Positions 9,309 through 19,585 of a DNA stretch of 44,173 nucleotides are shown here, one piece after another; positions within the stretch are counted from its first letter, which is position 1, and every line of letters begins with the position of its first letter. Origin of the DNA: a bacterium (GTDB lineage Bacteria; Verrucomicrobiota; Kiritimatiellia; RFP12; UBA1067); assembly GCA_963636335.1 (NCBI GenBank), contig CAVHJW010000001.1:1-44173 (forward strand), in the 5' to 3' direction. The notes beneath the pieces were generated by a model that was not told the origin of the DNA, made no database searches, and worked only from the letters and a program-made list of their open reading frames with translations. The translations under genes and the position numbers were made by a program.

Positions 9309-9317
9309 TTGCGGCAT

Positions 9318-12300
9318 ATGAAAAACGCTATTCAGTCAATTCTCCTTGTTGTTCTTACCTTTGCACTTTGCGCTGTTTTTTGGCGAATACTTGCGTTTAA
9401 CGCAAAGAATGAGTGCAATGTCTTGACGGGTCGCCCGCCGGCGGCGCGTGTGGCAGAGACGAATGCGCAGTCGGTTGTCATAAATAATCCATCTGAGAAA
9501 CAAGAGAGTACGATTCTTTCAGGGCATGAGAGGCGCTCACCCACGGTTGAATCGACGCCACAACCTGGAAGGGTTCGGGAGATTGAGTTTGTTGATGATG
9601 AGACGTGCCCCGAGATTCGAATTGATCTTGATCGCGAACCGAAGCAAGATGGAATCCTTCAGTCGGTGACAATTGAACCTGCGGTTGAGAATCTTTCCGT
9701 CAAGGTTGGAGATTTTTCGGATTCTTCGTATGGGTGGCCGTGGCGCGTTAGCCTTGCGAGCCCCAACTTTCTCTTTCGCACGAATTATCTTGTCACGGTC
9801 AAGAGCACATTTCCGTTTGCAGACGGAACAACGCTTTCCAACGAGGTTCGTCGCACCTTTTGTCGGCGAGATCTCGATACGTGCGTCCGTTTTGCCGACT
9901 TTGGCCGCTATCTCCCATCGTTTGGCGCGCGCGAACTTGCGCTCAATCTTGTGAACGTGACGAACATTGACTGCGCGGTTGCGTCTGTCTTGCCTGAGAA
10001 TGTTGTTCAACTTCTGGCGCGTGAGGAAGATGTTTATACGGATGTCTACCGCGTCCGCGCCGACAGCCGAGCCACGTTTGATCTTGCGAAAGCCCCAACA
10101 TGCTGGAGTGAGCGTGTGGACCTTGCGGTCAACACGCCTGAAAAACGCGTGTTGCGACTTGGCGCGGAACAGGGCGTCGTCTCGAATGGTATTTATCTCG
10201 TTTCCGTTCGCGACTCAAACTGCAAGAGCGAATATTTGTGGCGCATGCGAAACATGTTTGATTATCGCCTTGTTTGCGTCACCGATCTCGCACTTTCTCT
10301 TCGTAAAGATTCAAAGAGTCTTCGCCTTTGGGTGACTTCGCTTTCGGCGGGGCGCCCCCTTGCGGGCCTGGATGTGCGCCTCTACGCCGCAAGCCGAGCC
10401 TGCCTGGCGACGGGCGAAACAAACGAAGAGGGCGAATTTGTTTTCTCGTCATGGGATGCGCGTGAGATCCCGTTCGCCGTCGTCGTCTCGAAAAAGGACG
10501 GCTCGGATGCGACCTTTATGGCTCTTCGCTCGTCCATGGAGATTGACGAGACGCTCACAAGTGGGGGGCGCAAAAATTACCTTGATGTTGGCGAGGCACA
10601 AGCCTTCATTTGGTCAGATCGTGGCATCTACCGCCCGGGCGAGCGAATGATGGTTCACGCGCTCTTGCGCGATCACGCGATTTCTGCTCCCACCTCGTTT
10701 CCTGTTGTTGTCTCGCTCGTGAAGCCTGATGGCAAGACGCTCGTCTCAAAGACGTGCCGCGCGGATGCGTTCGGCTCGCTTGTCGTTGACGACTTTGTTT
10801 TCCCCGTTGACCAACCGACGGGGAAGTGGCGCGTCAAGCTTGCCATTCCTGGTGAATGCGGCGAGGTGCTTGGGTCGCGCGTTGTGAAGGTTGAGGATTT
10901 TGTCCCGCCGCTCGTGCGTGTCTCGGTTGAGGATTTGCCCGATATGTCTCTTCACGCAACGAATCTTCAGTGGCGCGTCAAGGCGGAGAATCTCTACGGA
11001 GGCCCTGCAACACTCTTGAAGGCAGAAAGTCGCGTTGTTTTCACGGACGCACCGTTTGCGCCAACTGCTTTTTCAGCGTTTCGTTTTGGAGATGCGGAGT
11101 TGGGCTTAAAACCTAACCAAACGGAACTTGCCTCCACGAAGACAGATGAGCGCGGTGAGGCGACTTTTGCGTGCTCCTTTAATGAGGCGTGGGGGGCGCC
11201 GAAGGCCGCGATGCGTCTTCTCGTGCAAGGCGCGGTCGTGGAGGCGAATGGACGCGCTGCGTATGCTCGCGCGAGTGCCATTGTTCATCGCTATCCGTAT
11301 TACATTGGCTCAGATGTTCCGAAGCAAATCGTCAAGGCGCCGGGCGCGCGAGAAATTCGCGTTGTTTTGGTGAACCCGGATGGCACGCTTCACACAGAGG
11401 CGCGCGAACTCAAGGTTGAACTTTTGAAGATTGATTATGTCCACAATCTTCGTTCGCGCAACGGCTCGCTCGCGTGGGAATCCACGCGCGTGACGCGGCG
11501 CGTACCTTGCGCGGAATCCGTCCAGATTGCGGCGAATGGCGAGGGGACTTTTGCGCTTCCAATTTCGGGGCAAGGCGATTATGAACTTGTTCTCTCAGAC
11601 GAGGCGCGCGGCCTTTCGCACCGCGCCGCGTTTTGGATTTCGGATACGGCAGACGAAGAGGTTCATACATCGCTTGAAAATCCCGCGCGTGTCCTCATCA
11701 TGCCCGACAAGAACGTCTATCGTGAGGGTGATCGGCCGCGCCTGACAATTAAAGCGCCATTCCCGGGCGCGGCGTATCTGACCGTGATGCGTGAAAACGT
11801 TCTTTCAACGCGTGTTCTCATGTTGACGAATGCAACGAGTGTCGTTGAATTGGAGAGTCTAGATGCGGCGTGGGCGCCGAATGTGGATGTCGCGGTGAGC
11901 GTTGTGCGTGCCATCAAGGCGACAAATGGCGCGTTCACATCGCGCGCGCATGGCATCGCCGCCCTCGCCATTCGTCCGCGTCGAGCCGAAATTCCTGTCA
12001 CGCTTGCGGCGGTCGCAACGCCTTCTTCGGAAGGGGGCTCGACCCTTGATGTGAACATCTCGGCCGTCGGTGCCGATCGTGTTTGCCTCACCGTTGTTGA
12101 CGAGGGCGTCCATCTTCTGACGACTGAACCCGTGCCGAATCCAATTGCCACGTTTGCCATTCTTCGTGAAGGCTGTCATCCGCTCTATGATCTCTTTAGC
12201 CGTGTTTTGCCCGTCTATGATGGCACATTGAAGGCGATCGGCGCGAAGACGGGTGGCGGAAGCGCGGCGGATCTCTTTAATCGCGTGAGCCCTGTCCCAA

Positions 12301-14276
12301 CGCGCCGCTTTAAGCCCTTGAGCCTTTGGAAGGAGGATGTGCCGCTCACAAATGGAGTTGCCACGGTGCGCTTCCATTTGCCTGAATTCGCCGGCGAGGT
12401 GCGCGTCACCGCTGTTGCCTACTCAAAGGTGGGGACGGGGGCGTGCGCCATCAAAAAGAAAGTCGCGCCGCGCCTTATTATGCAGTGCGATGCGCCCCGT
12501 TTTGTTGCGCCGGGCGACCAGTTTGACCTTACGCTCGTTCTCGTGAATCGAAGCGGGAAGGCATCGCAGGCCTCCTACGCACTTTCGTCGGATGGCACAA
12601 TCCAGATTCACGGCGCACCATCAGGTTCTGTGACACTGGCCGCAAACGAGACAAAGACGCTCCGCTTTGCGGCAACATCCGCGCGCGCCGTGGGAGAAGG
12701 GCACATCACCTTCCGCACGACAGGGTGTGGCGAAACACATTGCGAAACAGTGGATCTACCGATTCGTCCTGCTGTTTCGTGGGCGAAGTGCGCCGAGGTC
12801 ATTGTTCTGAAGCCGGGCGAGACAAAGAGCCTGCCCGCCGTTTCGGGTACTTTCGCGGATGCTGCACGCCGTCGTCTTCTGTTGTCAGGTACGCCCACGG
12901 CCGAACTCGTTTCCGCGTTGGACTATTTGGCGGACTATCCGTATGGGTGCCTTGAGCAAACGGTCTCGCGTCTGTATCCGCTTCTCACGGGCGATGTCTT
13001 TCTCACGCGCCTTTCAACGAATGAGACGAGCAAAGCCGAGGAGCGTACGGCCATCTTGGCGGGCGGTGTCGCGCGTGTCGCTTCAATGGTGCGCGAAAAT
13101 GGTTTTACCATGTGGCCCGATGTCAATGTCGAACCATGGGATCTTGAAGTTTCGGCTTATGCGGCGCGCTTCCTCATTGAGGCCTCCGAGGCGGGCATCC
13201 CGCTCTCGCGTTCCGTTCGTTCGCGCGTGATGCGCTTCTTGCAGCGTTGGGTGTATAGCGGGGAGACGAACGTTTGCGCGGCGGCTTGCGAGGCGCTCGT
13301 CCTCGCGCGCGCGCCGAACCGCGACCGCATGTTTTCCCTTTATGACGCGCGCGCGTCGCTCTCGTTGCTCGCGCGTGCACGTCTTGCGCGCGGCTTTATT
13401 CGTCTTGGTGAGATGGCGCGCGCGCGCGAACTTGTCTCTGAGACTGCGTTCGCGCCCACAGATGTTGAAGAGGCGGCCGAAGCACTTCTTGCGCTTCTTG
13501 AGATCGATGCGACAGATCCGCGTGTCGGGCGTCTCGTTCTTGATTTGCAGGCGCGGCGCGACCGCACGCGCTTCCATTGGGGGACGACGCGCGCAAATGC
13601 CGCCGCGCTTCATGCGCTTGGCGCCTACTATCGTGTGGCGGGGCTCGGAGAAGGCACGCCGGAGGTGACGGTGACGAAGGACGGCGCGTCGGTGGCTCTG
13701 CTTCCGAACGGCGAGCGGACGGAAGTCGCGGGTGGCGCGGCGTTGACACTTGCGAATACGGGCAAGGCGACGGCGTTCGTCTCGCTTGATGCGTGGTCGC
13801 TTCCCAATGTTGAGTCAATCACGAATGCGCATCAGGCCATCACCATTGAGCGCACATTTTGGACGATGAAGGGTGAGAAGGCCGATCTTAAGAACGTGAC
13901 GCGCGGGGATATCCTTATTGGCGCGATCACACTCGCGGCAGATTGCGAACTTTCTATCACCGATCTCGTCATTCAAGATTTGCTCCCGGCGGGACTTGAG
14001 CCGGACAGCCCAGACCTCGCTTCAACCTTTGCCGCTCTCGCGCATGCGAAGAAACAAACGTGGGTTTTGCGCGATGACATTCGGGACGATCGCGTTCTCG
14101 TCTTCTCGCGCCCCGTCACGCTTTCGCCGCGTGCGGATGGCGCTCTCACGTATTACTACGCCGTGCGTGCGGTCTCGTCCGGAACGTTCGTCCTGCCGGG
14201 CGTGCGTGTCGAGGCCATGTATGCGCCTGAGATTTTCGCTGAGACGGCTCCGCGCGAACTTGTTATCAAACCTTGA
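9318..14276 (+). CDS. bacterial alpha-2-macroglobulin family protein (thioester-containing)
   Basis: About 1650 aa with the YPYGCLEQTVSRLYPLL thioester motif (CLEQ at 12948-12959). N-terminal hydrophobic anchor MKNAIQSILLVVLTFALCAVFW. I chose the start at 9318 over the tracked 9219, which would run through the terminator and promoter. Confidence 0.85.
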   Translation: MKNAIQSILLVVLTFALCAVFWRILAFNAKNECNVLTGRPPAARVAETNAQSVVINNPSEKQESTILSGHERRSPTVESTPQPGRVREIEFVDDETCPEIRIDLDREPKQDGILQSVTIEPAVENLSVKVGDFSDSSYGWPWRVSLASPNFLFRTNYLVTVKSTFPFADGTTLSNEVRRTFCRRDLDTCVRFADFGRYLPSFGARELALNLVNVTNIDCAVASVLPENVVQLLAREEDVYTDVYRVRADSRATFDLAKAPTCWSERVDLAVNTPEKRVLRLGAEQGVVSNGIYLVSVRDSNCKSEYLWRMRNMFDYRLVCVTDLALSLRKDSKSLRLWVTSLSAGRPLAGLDVRLYAASRACLATGETNEEGEFVFSSWDAREIPFAVVVSKKDGSDATFMALRSSMEIDETLTSGGRKNYLDVGEAQAFIWSDRGIYRPGERMMVHALLRDHAISAPTSFPVVVSLVKPDGKTLVSKTCRADAFGSLVVDDFVFPVDQPTGKWRVKLAIPGECGEVLGSRVVKVEDFVPPLVRVSVEDLPDMSLHATNLQWRVKAENLYGGPATLLKAESRVVFTDAPFAPTAFSAFRFGDAELGLKPNQTELASTKTDERGEATFACSFNEAWGAPKAAMRLLVQGAVVEANGRAAYARASAIVHRYPYYIGSDVPKQIVKAPGAREIRVVLVNPDGTLHTEARELKVELLKIDYVHNLRSRNGSLAWESTRVTRRVPCAESVQIAANGEGTFALPISGQGDYELVLSDEARGLSHRAAFWISDTADEEVHTSLENPARVLIMPDKNVYREGDRPRLTIKAPFPGAAYLTVMRENVLSTRVLMLTNATSVVELESLDAAWAPNVDVAVSVVRAIKATNGAFTSRAHGIAALAIRPRRAEIPVTLAAVATPSSEGGSTLDVNISAVGADRVCLTVVDEGVHLLTTEPVPNPIATFAILREGCHPLYDLFSRVLPVYDGTLKAIGAKTGGGSAADLFNRVSPVPTRRFKPLSLWKEDVPLTNGVATVRFHLPEFAGEVRVTAVAYSKVGTGACAIKKKVAPRLIMQCDAPRFVAPGDQFDLTLVLVNRSGKASQASYALSSDGTIQIHGAPSGSVTLAANETKTLRFAATSARAVGEGHITFRTTGCGETHCETVDLPIRPAVSWAKCAEVIVLKPGETKSLPAVSGTFADAARRRLLLSGTPTAELVSALDYLADYPYGCLEQTVSRLYPLLTGDVFLTRLSTNETSKAEERTAILAGGVARVASMVRENGFTMWPDVNVEPWDLEVSAYAARFLIEASEAGIPLSRSVRSRVMRFLQRWVYSGETNVCAAACEALVLARAPNRDRMFSLYDARASLSLLARARLARGFIRLGEMARARELVSETAFAPTDVEEAAEALLALLEIDATDPRVGRLVLDLQARRDRTRFHWGTTRANAAALHALGAYYRVAGLGEGTPEVTVTKDGASVALLPNGERTEVAGGAALTLANTGKATAFVSLDAWSLPNVESITNAHQAITIERTFWTMKGEKADLKNVTRGDILIGAITLAADCELSITDLVIQDLLPAGLEPDSPDLASTFAALAHAKKQTWVLRDDIRDDRVLVFSRPVTLSPRADGALTYYYAVRAVSSGTFVLPGVRVEAMYAPEIFAETAPRELVIKP

Positions 14277-14341
14277 GGCGGCGTCATCTGCGTCTGACAA
14301 ATTTGGTGGCAAATCTTTCAATTGAGGCGTTCGCGCGTATT

Positions 14342-14350
14342 TGATATACT
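14342..14350 (+). promoter_or_regulatory. candidate extended -10 promoter (TGATATACT) for the ppdK operon
   Basis: TGn + TATACT in the 132-nt intergenic region, about 60 nt upstream of ppdK. This one has a leader and an AAAGAG Shine-Dalgarno-like element. Confidence 0.4.
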
Positions 14351-14408
14351 GTAAGAAAAGGAACGAAAATAACGACGCGGTGCCTTTCGGCATCGGATAT
14401 GAAAGAGA

Positions 14409-17057
14409 ATGAGCATGAAAGAGAAGAAGTACGTCTATTTCTTTGGTGATGGGCAGACCGAGGGTAATGCGAATATGCGCGAGCTTCTGGGCGGCAAGGG
14501 CGCGAACCTCGCCGAGATGGCGGGGCTCGGGCTTCCCGTGCCGCAGGGCTTCACAATCACGACTGAGGCGTGCACGCGCTACTACGATGACGGCAAGAAG
14601 ATCGGCGCGGATATCGAACGCCAAGTGCTTGACTACATCAAGAAACTGGAGGCCTCTGCGGGTAAGAAGTTCGGCGACAAGAAGAACCCGCTGCTCGTCT
14701 CGGTGCGTTCGGGTGCGCGCGCGTCAATGCCAGGCATGATGGATACGATCCTCAACCTCGGTCTCAACGAGACGGTTGTTGAGTCGCTCGCGAAGCAGAC
14801 GAAGAATCCGCGTTGGGCGTGGGACTGCTACCGCCGCTTCATTCAGATGTTCTCTGATGTCGTCATGGAAGTCGGCAAGAAGCACTTTGAGAAACTCATC
14901 GACGAGATGAAGGCAAAGAAGCGCGTCAAGAACGACGTCGACCTCACCGCGACTGACCTCAAGGCACTCGCCGCGCAGTTCAAGGCCGAGTATAAGTCGG
15001 CGATCGGCAAGGACTTTCCGACGGACGCGAAGGAGCAACTCTTTGAGGCGATCAAGGCCGTCTTCCGCAGCTGGGACAACCCGCGCGCGAACGTCTACCG
15101 CCGCGACAACGACATTCCGTATTCGTGGGGTACGGCCGTCAACGTTCAGATGATGGCGTTTGGCAACCTGAATGACAACTCGGGTACGGGCGTTGCCTTC
15201 ACGCGCGACCCCGCGACAGGTGAGAAGAAGCTCATGGGCGAGTTTCTCATGAACGCGCAAGGCGAAGACGTGGTTGCGGGCGTGCGCACGCCGATGCCGA
15301 TTGCGAAGATGGCCGAGGTCATGCCGAAGGTCTTCAAGCAGTTCCAGAAGATTTGCGAGACGCTTGAAGAGCACTATCGCGACATGCAGGATATGGAGTT
15401 CACGATTGAGAATCAGAAACTCTTCATGCTCCAAACGCGCAACGGCAAGCGCACGGCAAAGGCCGCGCTCAAGATTGCGTGCGACCTCGTGGATGAGGGC
15501 ATGCGCACCGAAGAAGAAGCCGTCCTCATGATTGATCCGCGCAATCTGGATACGCTTCTTCACCCGCAGTTTGACGCCGTTGCGCTCAAGAACGCGACGC
15601 CGAAGGGGCGGGGGCTTGCGGCTTCGCCGGGCGCGGCGTGCGGTAAGGTCGTCTTCTCGGCGGCCGAGGCGATGGCGTGGAAGAAGAATGGCGAGAAGAC
15701 GGTGCTCGTGCGCCTTGAGACCTCGCCCGAGGACATTGAAGGCATGAAGGCGGCCGAGGGCATCCTCACGGTGCGCGGCGGTATGACGAGCCACGCGGCC
15801 GTCGTCGCGCGCGGCATGGGTGAGTGCTGTGTGTCGGGTTGCCAAGACATCGTGATGGACGAAGAACATAAGAAGTTCGTTCTCGGTGGAAAGGTCTTCA
15901 AGGAAGGGGACTGGATCTCAATTGACGGCTCAACGGGTTACATCTACGATGGTGTCATTCCGACCGTGGACGCACAGATCGCGGGCGAGTTCGGCCGCAT
16001 CATGAACTGGGCTGACAAGTTCCGCAAGCTCCACGTGCGCACGAACGCCGACACGCCGCGCGATGCGCGCAAGGCGAAGGAGCTTGGCGCGGAGGGCATT
16101 GGCCTTTGCCGCACGGAGCACATGTTCTTCGAGGCCGACCGCATTGCGGCGTTCCGCGAGATGATTTGCGCCGATACGGTTGAGGAGCGCGAGATTGCGC
16201 TTGCGAAGATTCTTCCTTATCAGCAAGACGACTTTGAGCAACTCTTTGAGGCTCTTGAGGGCAAGCCTGTCACGATTCGCTTCCTTGATCCGCCGCTCCA
16301 CGAGTTCGTGCCGCACGCCGATGACGAGATCAAACTTCTCGCGAAGGCGCAGCATAAGAGCGTCGCGCAGATTATGGAGCTTATTGATTCACTCAAGGAA
16401 TTCAACCCGATGATGGGGCATCGTGGTTGCCGCCTTTGCGTCACGTATCCCGAGATTGCCCGTATGCAGACGACGGCCGTCATTCGCGCCGCCGTGAAGG
16501 TGCAGAAGGCGCATCGTACGTGGACGGTGAAGCCCGAGATCATGATTCCGTTGACGGGTGATGCGAAGGAGCTCAAATACGTCAAGGATATCGTCGTTAA
16601 GACGGCGAACGAGGAAATCGCGCACGCCGATGTCAACATCGCCTACAAGGTGGGCACGATGATTGAGATTCCGCGTGCGGCGTTGACGGCCGACAAGATT
16701 GCCGAAGAGGCGCAGTTCTTCTGCTTTGGTACGAATGACCTCACGCAGATGACCTACGGTTTCTCGCGTGATGATGCAGGCAAGTTCCTCTCGGCCTACT
16801 ACGACAAGAAGATTTTTGAGAATGACCCGTTCTCAAAGCTCGATCAAGAGGGCGTTGGCAAACTCATGGAGATGGCCATCCGCCTTGGTCGCGGCGTCCG
16901 CCCGAAACTTCACTGCGGCATTTGCGGTGAGCACGGCGGCGACCCGACGTCGGTTGAGTTCTGCCACTGCCTCGGCCTTGACTACGTGAGCTGCTCGCCG
17001 TATCGCGTGCCGATCGCGCGTCTTGCGGCGGCGCAGGCGGCGTTGCGCAACAAGTGA
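14409..17057 (+). CDS. ppdK: pyruvate, phosphate dikinase
   Basis: Motifs KYVYFFGDGQTEGNANMRELLGGKGANLAEM, the catalytic His context GGMTSHAAVVARGMG, and the C-terminal GICGEHGGDP. The start may instead be the ATG at 14415. Confidence 0.95.
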   Translation: MSMKEKKYVYFFGDGQTEGNANMRELLGGKGANLAEMAGLGLPVPQGFTITTEACTRYYDDGKKIGADIERQVLDYIKKLEASAGKKFGDKKNPLLVSVRSGARASMPGMMDTILNLGLNETVVESLAKQTKNPRWAWDCYRRFIQMFSDVVMEVGKKHFEKLIDEMKAKKRVKNDVDLTATDLKALAAQFKAEYKSAIGKDFPTDAKEQLFEAIKAVFRSWDNPRANVYRRDNDIPYSWGTAVNVQMMAFGNLNDNSGTGVAFTRDPATGEKKLMGEFLMNAQGEDVVAGVRTPMPIAKMAEVMPKVFKQFQKICETLEEHYRDMQDMEFTIENQKLFMLQTRNGKRTAKAALKIACDLVDEGMRTEEEAVLMIDPRNLDTLLHPQFDAVALKNATPKGRGLAASPGAACGKVVFSAAEAMAWKKNGEKTVLVRLETSPEDIEGMKAAEGILTVRGGMTSHAAVVARGMGECCVSGCQDIVMDEEHKKFVLGGKVFKEGDWISIDGSTGYIYDGVIPTVDAQIAGEFGRIMNWADKFRKLHVRTNADTPRDARKAKELGAEGIGLCRTEHMFFEADRIAAFREMICADTVEEREIALAKILPYQQDDFEQLFEALEGKPVTIRFLDPPLHEFVPHADDEIKLLAKAQHKSVAQIMELIDSLKEFNPMMGHRGCRLCVTYPEIARMQTTAVIRAAVKVQKAHRTWTVKPEIMIPLTGDAKELKYVKDIVVKTANEEIAHADVNIAYKVGTMIEIPRAALTADKIAEEAQFFCFGTNDLTQMTYGFSRDDAGKFLSAYYDKKIFENDPFSKLDQEGVGKLMEMAIRLGRGVRPKLHCGICGEHGGDPTSVEFCHCLGLDYVSCSPYRVPIARLAAAQAALRNK

Positions 17058-17109
17058 TGGCGCGATGGAGTAAACGCGATTTTACGAAAAAGAAAGAGAG
17101 AATAAAGAG

Positions 17110-18465
17110 ATGAGTATTTTCAAGGCCTATGACATCCGCGGCATCTACGGCGAGGACGTGTGTGATGACGATTTCTATCGCATCGCACGCGCCTATGCGC
17201 GCTTCTGCGGCTTCACGAACAAGGGTGCGAAGGTTGTCGTTGCCCGCGACTGCCGTACGTCGTCACCCGCGCTTTTTAAGGCGTTTGCGAAGGGGCTTGT
17301 GGACGAGGGCGTTCATGTTGTTGACATTGGGCTTGCCTCAACGCCGATGAGCTATTTCGCGAACGCCTCGTTGAAGGCCGACGGCTCGGTGATGATTACC
17401 GCCTCGCACAATACGAAGGAGTGGAACGGCTGCAAACTTTGCAAGGCGAATGCCGTGCCGATCTCGGGCGCGACGGGCATCAAGGATATTGAGAAGTTGT
17501 ATGCGGGCATTCAGACAACGGAGGCGCCCACGGGGACGGGGACGATTGAGCGCGTGGATGTTTCGGCCGCTTATGCCGCGCACGCGAAGACGTTCGCCCA
17601 CTTGAAGCGGCCTCTCCATCTCGCGCTCGACTTTGCGAATGGTATGGGCATCGCCGAGTCGGTTGCCTTCAAGGACTCAATGATTACCTACGATGCGCTC
17701 TACGGCGACTTCGATGGCAACTTCCCGAATCACGATGCGAACCCGCTTCATGTTGAGACGCTTCGCGACCTTCAGAATCTCATCAAGGCGAATCCCGGCA
17801 AGTATGCCTTTGGCGTTGCCTACGACGGCGATGCGGATCGCGCGGGTTTCGTGGACGAGAAGGGCGAGGTCATCCCGATGGACTTTGTGACCGCGCTCAT
17901 CTCGAAGGATTTGCTCGCGTCCAACCCGGGCGCGGCGTGCTTCTACGATTTGCGCTCCTCAAAGGTCTGCGAGGAGGTGATCGCATCGGCGGGCGGGCGG
18001 CCCATGATGTCGCGCGTTGGTCACTCCTTCATCAAGGAGCAGATGCGCCAGAACGACGCGATCTTCGCGGGTGAACTTTCGGGTCACTACTACTTCAAGG
18101 CGAACTCAACGGCCGAATCGAGCGCGATGGCAACGTTTGCGCTTGCGAACATCGTCTCGGCGAGTGACAAGCCACTTTCCGAACTCGTCGCGCCGCTCCG
18201 CAAGTACGCGCAGTCGGGCGAGATCAACACGAAGACGGTGACGCCGCCGGCGGAAGTCCTCGCGAAGATCAAGGCCTCCTACGCGGCAAAGGCTCGCGTC
18301 TTTGAATTGGACGGTGTCTCGGTCGATGCGTGGGATTCAGAGGGCTACTGGGCGAATGTGCGCATGTCCAATACGGAGCCACTTGTGCGCCTCAACCTTG
18401 AGGGCAAGACGCGTGAAATCATGGAGGCGAAGCGTGACGAATATCTCACACTCATTCGCGCTTAA
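17110..18465 (+). CDS. phosphomannomutase / phosphoglucomutase (alpha-D-phosphohexomutase family)
   Basis: FKAYDIRGIYGED, the phosphoserine loop ITASHNTKEWNG, the metal loop AYDGDADR and GELSGHYYF. Confidence 0.85.
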   Translation: MSIFKAYDIRGIYGEDVCDDDFYRIARAYARFCGFTNKGAKVVVARDCRTSSPALFKAFAKGLVDEGVHVVDIGLASTPMSYFANASLKADGSVMITASHNTKEWNGCKLCKANAVPISGATGIKDIEKLYAGIQTTEAPTGTGTIERVDVSAAYAAHAKTFAHLKRPLHLALDFANGMGIAESVAFKDSMITYDALYGDFDGNFPNHDANPLHVETLRDLQNLIKANPGKYAFGVAYDGDADRAGFVDEKGEVIPMDFVTALISKDLLASNPGAACFYDLRSSKVCEEVIASAGGRPMMSRVGHSFIKEQMRQNDAIFAGELSGHYYFKANSTAESSAMATFALANIVSASDKPLSELVAPLRKYAQSGEINTKTVTPPAEVLAKIKASYAAKARVFELDGVSVDAWDSEGYWANVRMSNTEPLVRLNLEGKTREIMEAKRDEYLTLIRA

Positions 18466-19582
18466 AGCTCTCGCCCTCGCCACGCTCACCCTCCTTGCGG
18501 GGTGTGGCGCGTCGGACGGCTCAAAAGAACTCGCGGCGGGCCAGGCGGCTTTGGCCTCTGGCCATGTCAAACGAGCCGAGGCGCTCTTCGCCTCTTCGCT
18601 TGAGGCGAACCCGACCAATGTTGACGCGCACGTCTACATGGCCCTTGTCAACTTGCAGCAGGGGCTTCTTCAAGAGGCTTGTGAGCACGCGCTTGAAGCC
18701 GAGTCGCTTGCGGGCGGTGATGTCGATGTTCGTCTTCTTTCCGCGCAGATTGCTTGGCACTTGAAGGATTACGAAAAGGCGGCTCGGATTTACCGCGCGC
18801 TTGCCGAAGATGCGGCGCTTCCTGCGTCCCTTCGCGCGCGCGCGTGGACAGAATTGGGTATCGTCCAAATGGCGGGCGATGCCTACGATCTCGCGCGCCT
18901 CTCGTTTTTGCGTGCCCTGCGCCTTGATTTCAAGAGCCCCGCCGCCCACTATCACCTTGGCGCGCTTTACCGCTATGCGCCTTTCGCCTATGCGGAGGCC
19001 GCGCTTGAGCAGTTTGAGATTTTCGTGCGCCTTTCGCCAGAGATGGATGCGCGCGTCCAGAAGACGTGCAAGACGACGATCCTCGCGCTCAAGGAGACCA
19101 TTGCCCGTCAGACGGCTGACATTCCAGGTGTCGCACGGCGCAACAGTGCGGCGAGTGTTGCCGCTCTTGCGCGTGCGGATAAGGCGTGGAAGAAGAATTC
19201 TTTCAAGACGGCGGTCAAGGAGTATCGTGCGGCCTGTGAGGCCGATCCGCTCGCTTATCCGGCCGCGCGGGGGCTCGCGCGTGCACTTCTGAAGGCTGAT
19301 GCCTCGCGTGCGGGTCAGAAGCAGGCGCTTGATGCCTATCGTCGGGCGTGTGCGCTTCGTCCTGGCGCGGTTGCGACATTCGTTGAGGCGGGTTTACTCG
19401 CCGAGCGCCTCGGGCAGGTGGCGACGGCGCGCGAGATTTATTCGCGTGCGCTCGCGGCCGACCCCACCTCGGCTGATGTTCTCGCTGGCCTCGTCCGCGC
19501 GCTCCGCAAGGCAGGCGACAAGAAGACGGCGGCCGCCTATCAGGCCTATCGCGAGAGCCTCGCGAAGAAAGGGCAGAGGTAA
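18434..19582 (+). CDS. TPR-repeat lipoprotein, probable GTG start
   Basis: The lipobox is LTLLAGC|G after a hydrophobic h-region, and the protein has repeated TPR-like helices. The tracked ATG at 18302 lies inside the phosphomannomutase gene and would encode Arg-rich shadow sequence. GTG at 18434 gives MTNISHSFALKALALATLTLLAGC. Confidence 0.6.
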   Translation: MTNISHSFALKALALATLTLLAGCGASDGSKELAAGQAALASGHVKRAEALFASSLEANPTNVDAHVYMALVNLQQGLLQEACEHALEAESLAGGDVDVRLLSAQIAWHLKDYEKAARIYRALAEDAALPASLRARAWTELGIVQMAGDAYDLARLSFLRALRLDFKSPAAHYHLGALYRYAPFAYAEAALEQFEIFVRLSPEMDARVQKTCKTTILALKETIARQTADIPGVARRNSAASVAALARADKAWKKNSFKTAVKEYRAACEADPLAYPAARGLARALLKADASRAGQKQALDAYRRACALRPGAVATFVEAGLLAERLGQVATAREIYSRALAADPTSADVLAGLVRALRKAGDKKTAAAYQAYRESLAKKGQR

Positions 19583-19585
19583 GCG

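Noticed and set aside
9219-9317. Upstream-extended starts in the ORF track: 9219 (A2M), 18302 (TPR lipoprotein), 25299 (accD), 30618 (LPLAT), 2716 (U32-like) and 7434 (CBM48)
   Set aside because: Each extension either crosses a terminator or promoter, or overlaps the preceding gene with Arg-rich shadow sequence. Internal starts give canonical N-termini (signal/TM segment, lipobox, AccD zinc ribbon) and sensible Shine-Dalgarno or promoter spacing.
14380-14400. A small hairpin in the ppdK leader (GGTGCC-TTTC-GGCATC), considered as a riboswitch or attenuator
   Set aside because: The stem is only 6 bp with a G-U pair, and there is no following U-tract or conserved riboswitch-like structure. This is insufficient evidence for a regulatory RNA.
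14724-15869. Long antisense ORFs opposite ppdK (381 aa). Similar cases are 42147-43430 opposite prlC, 40312-41334 opposite murG and the TPR gene, 26271-27041 opposite accA, 5965-6591 opposite the aminotransferase, and 1790-2794 (+) opposite the U32-like gene
   Set aside because: All are Arg/Leu/His-rich with no family motifs, and each lies within a confidently identified gene on the other strand. They are GC-driven open frames, not genes.
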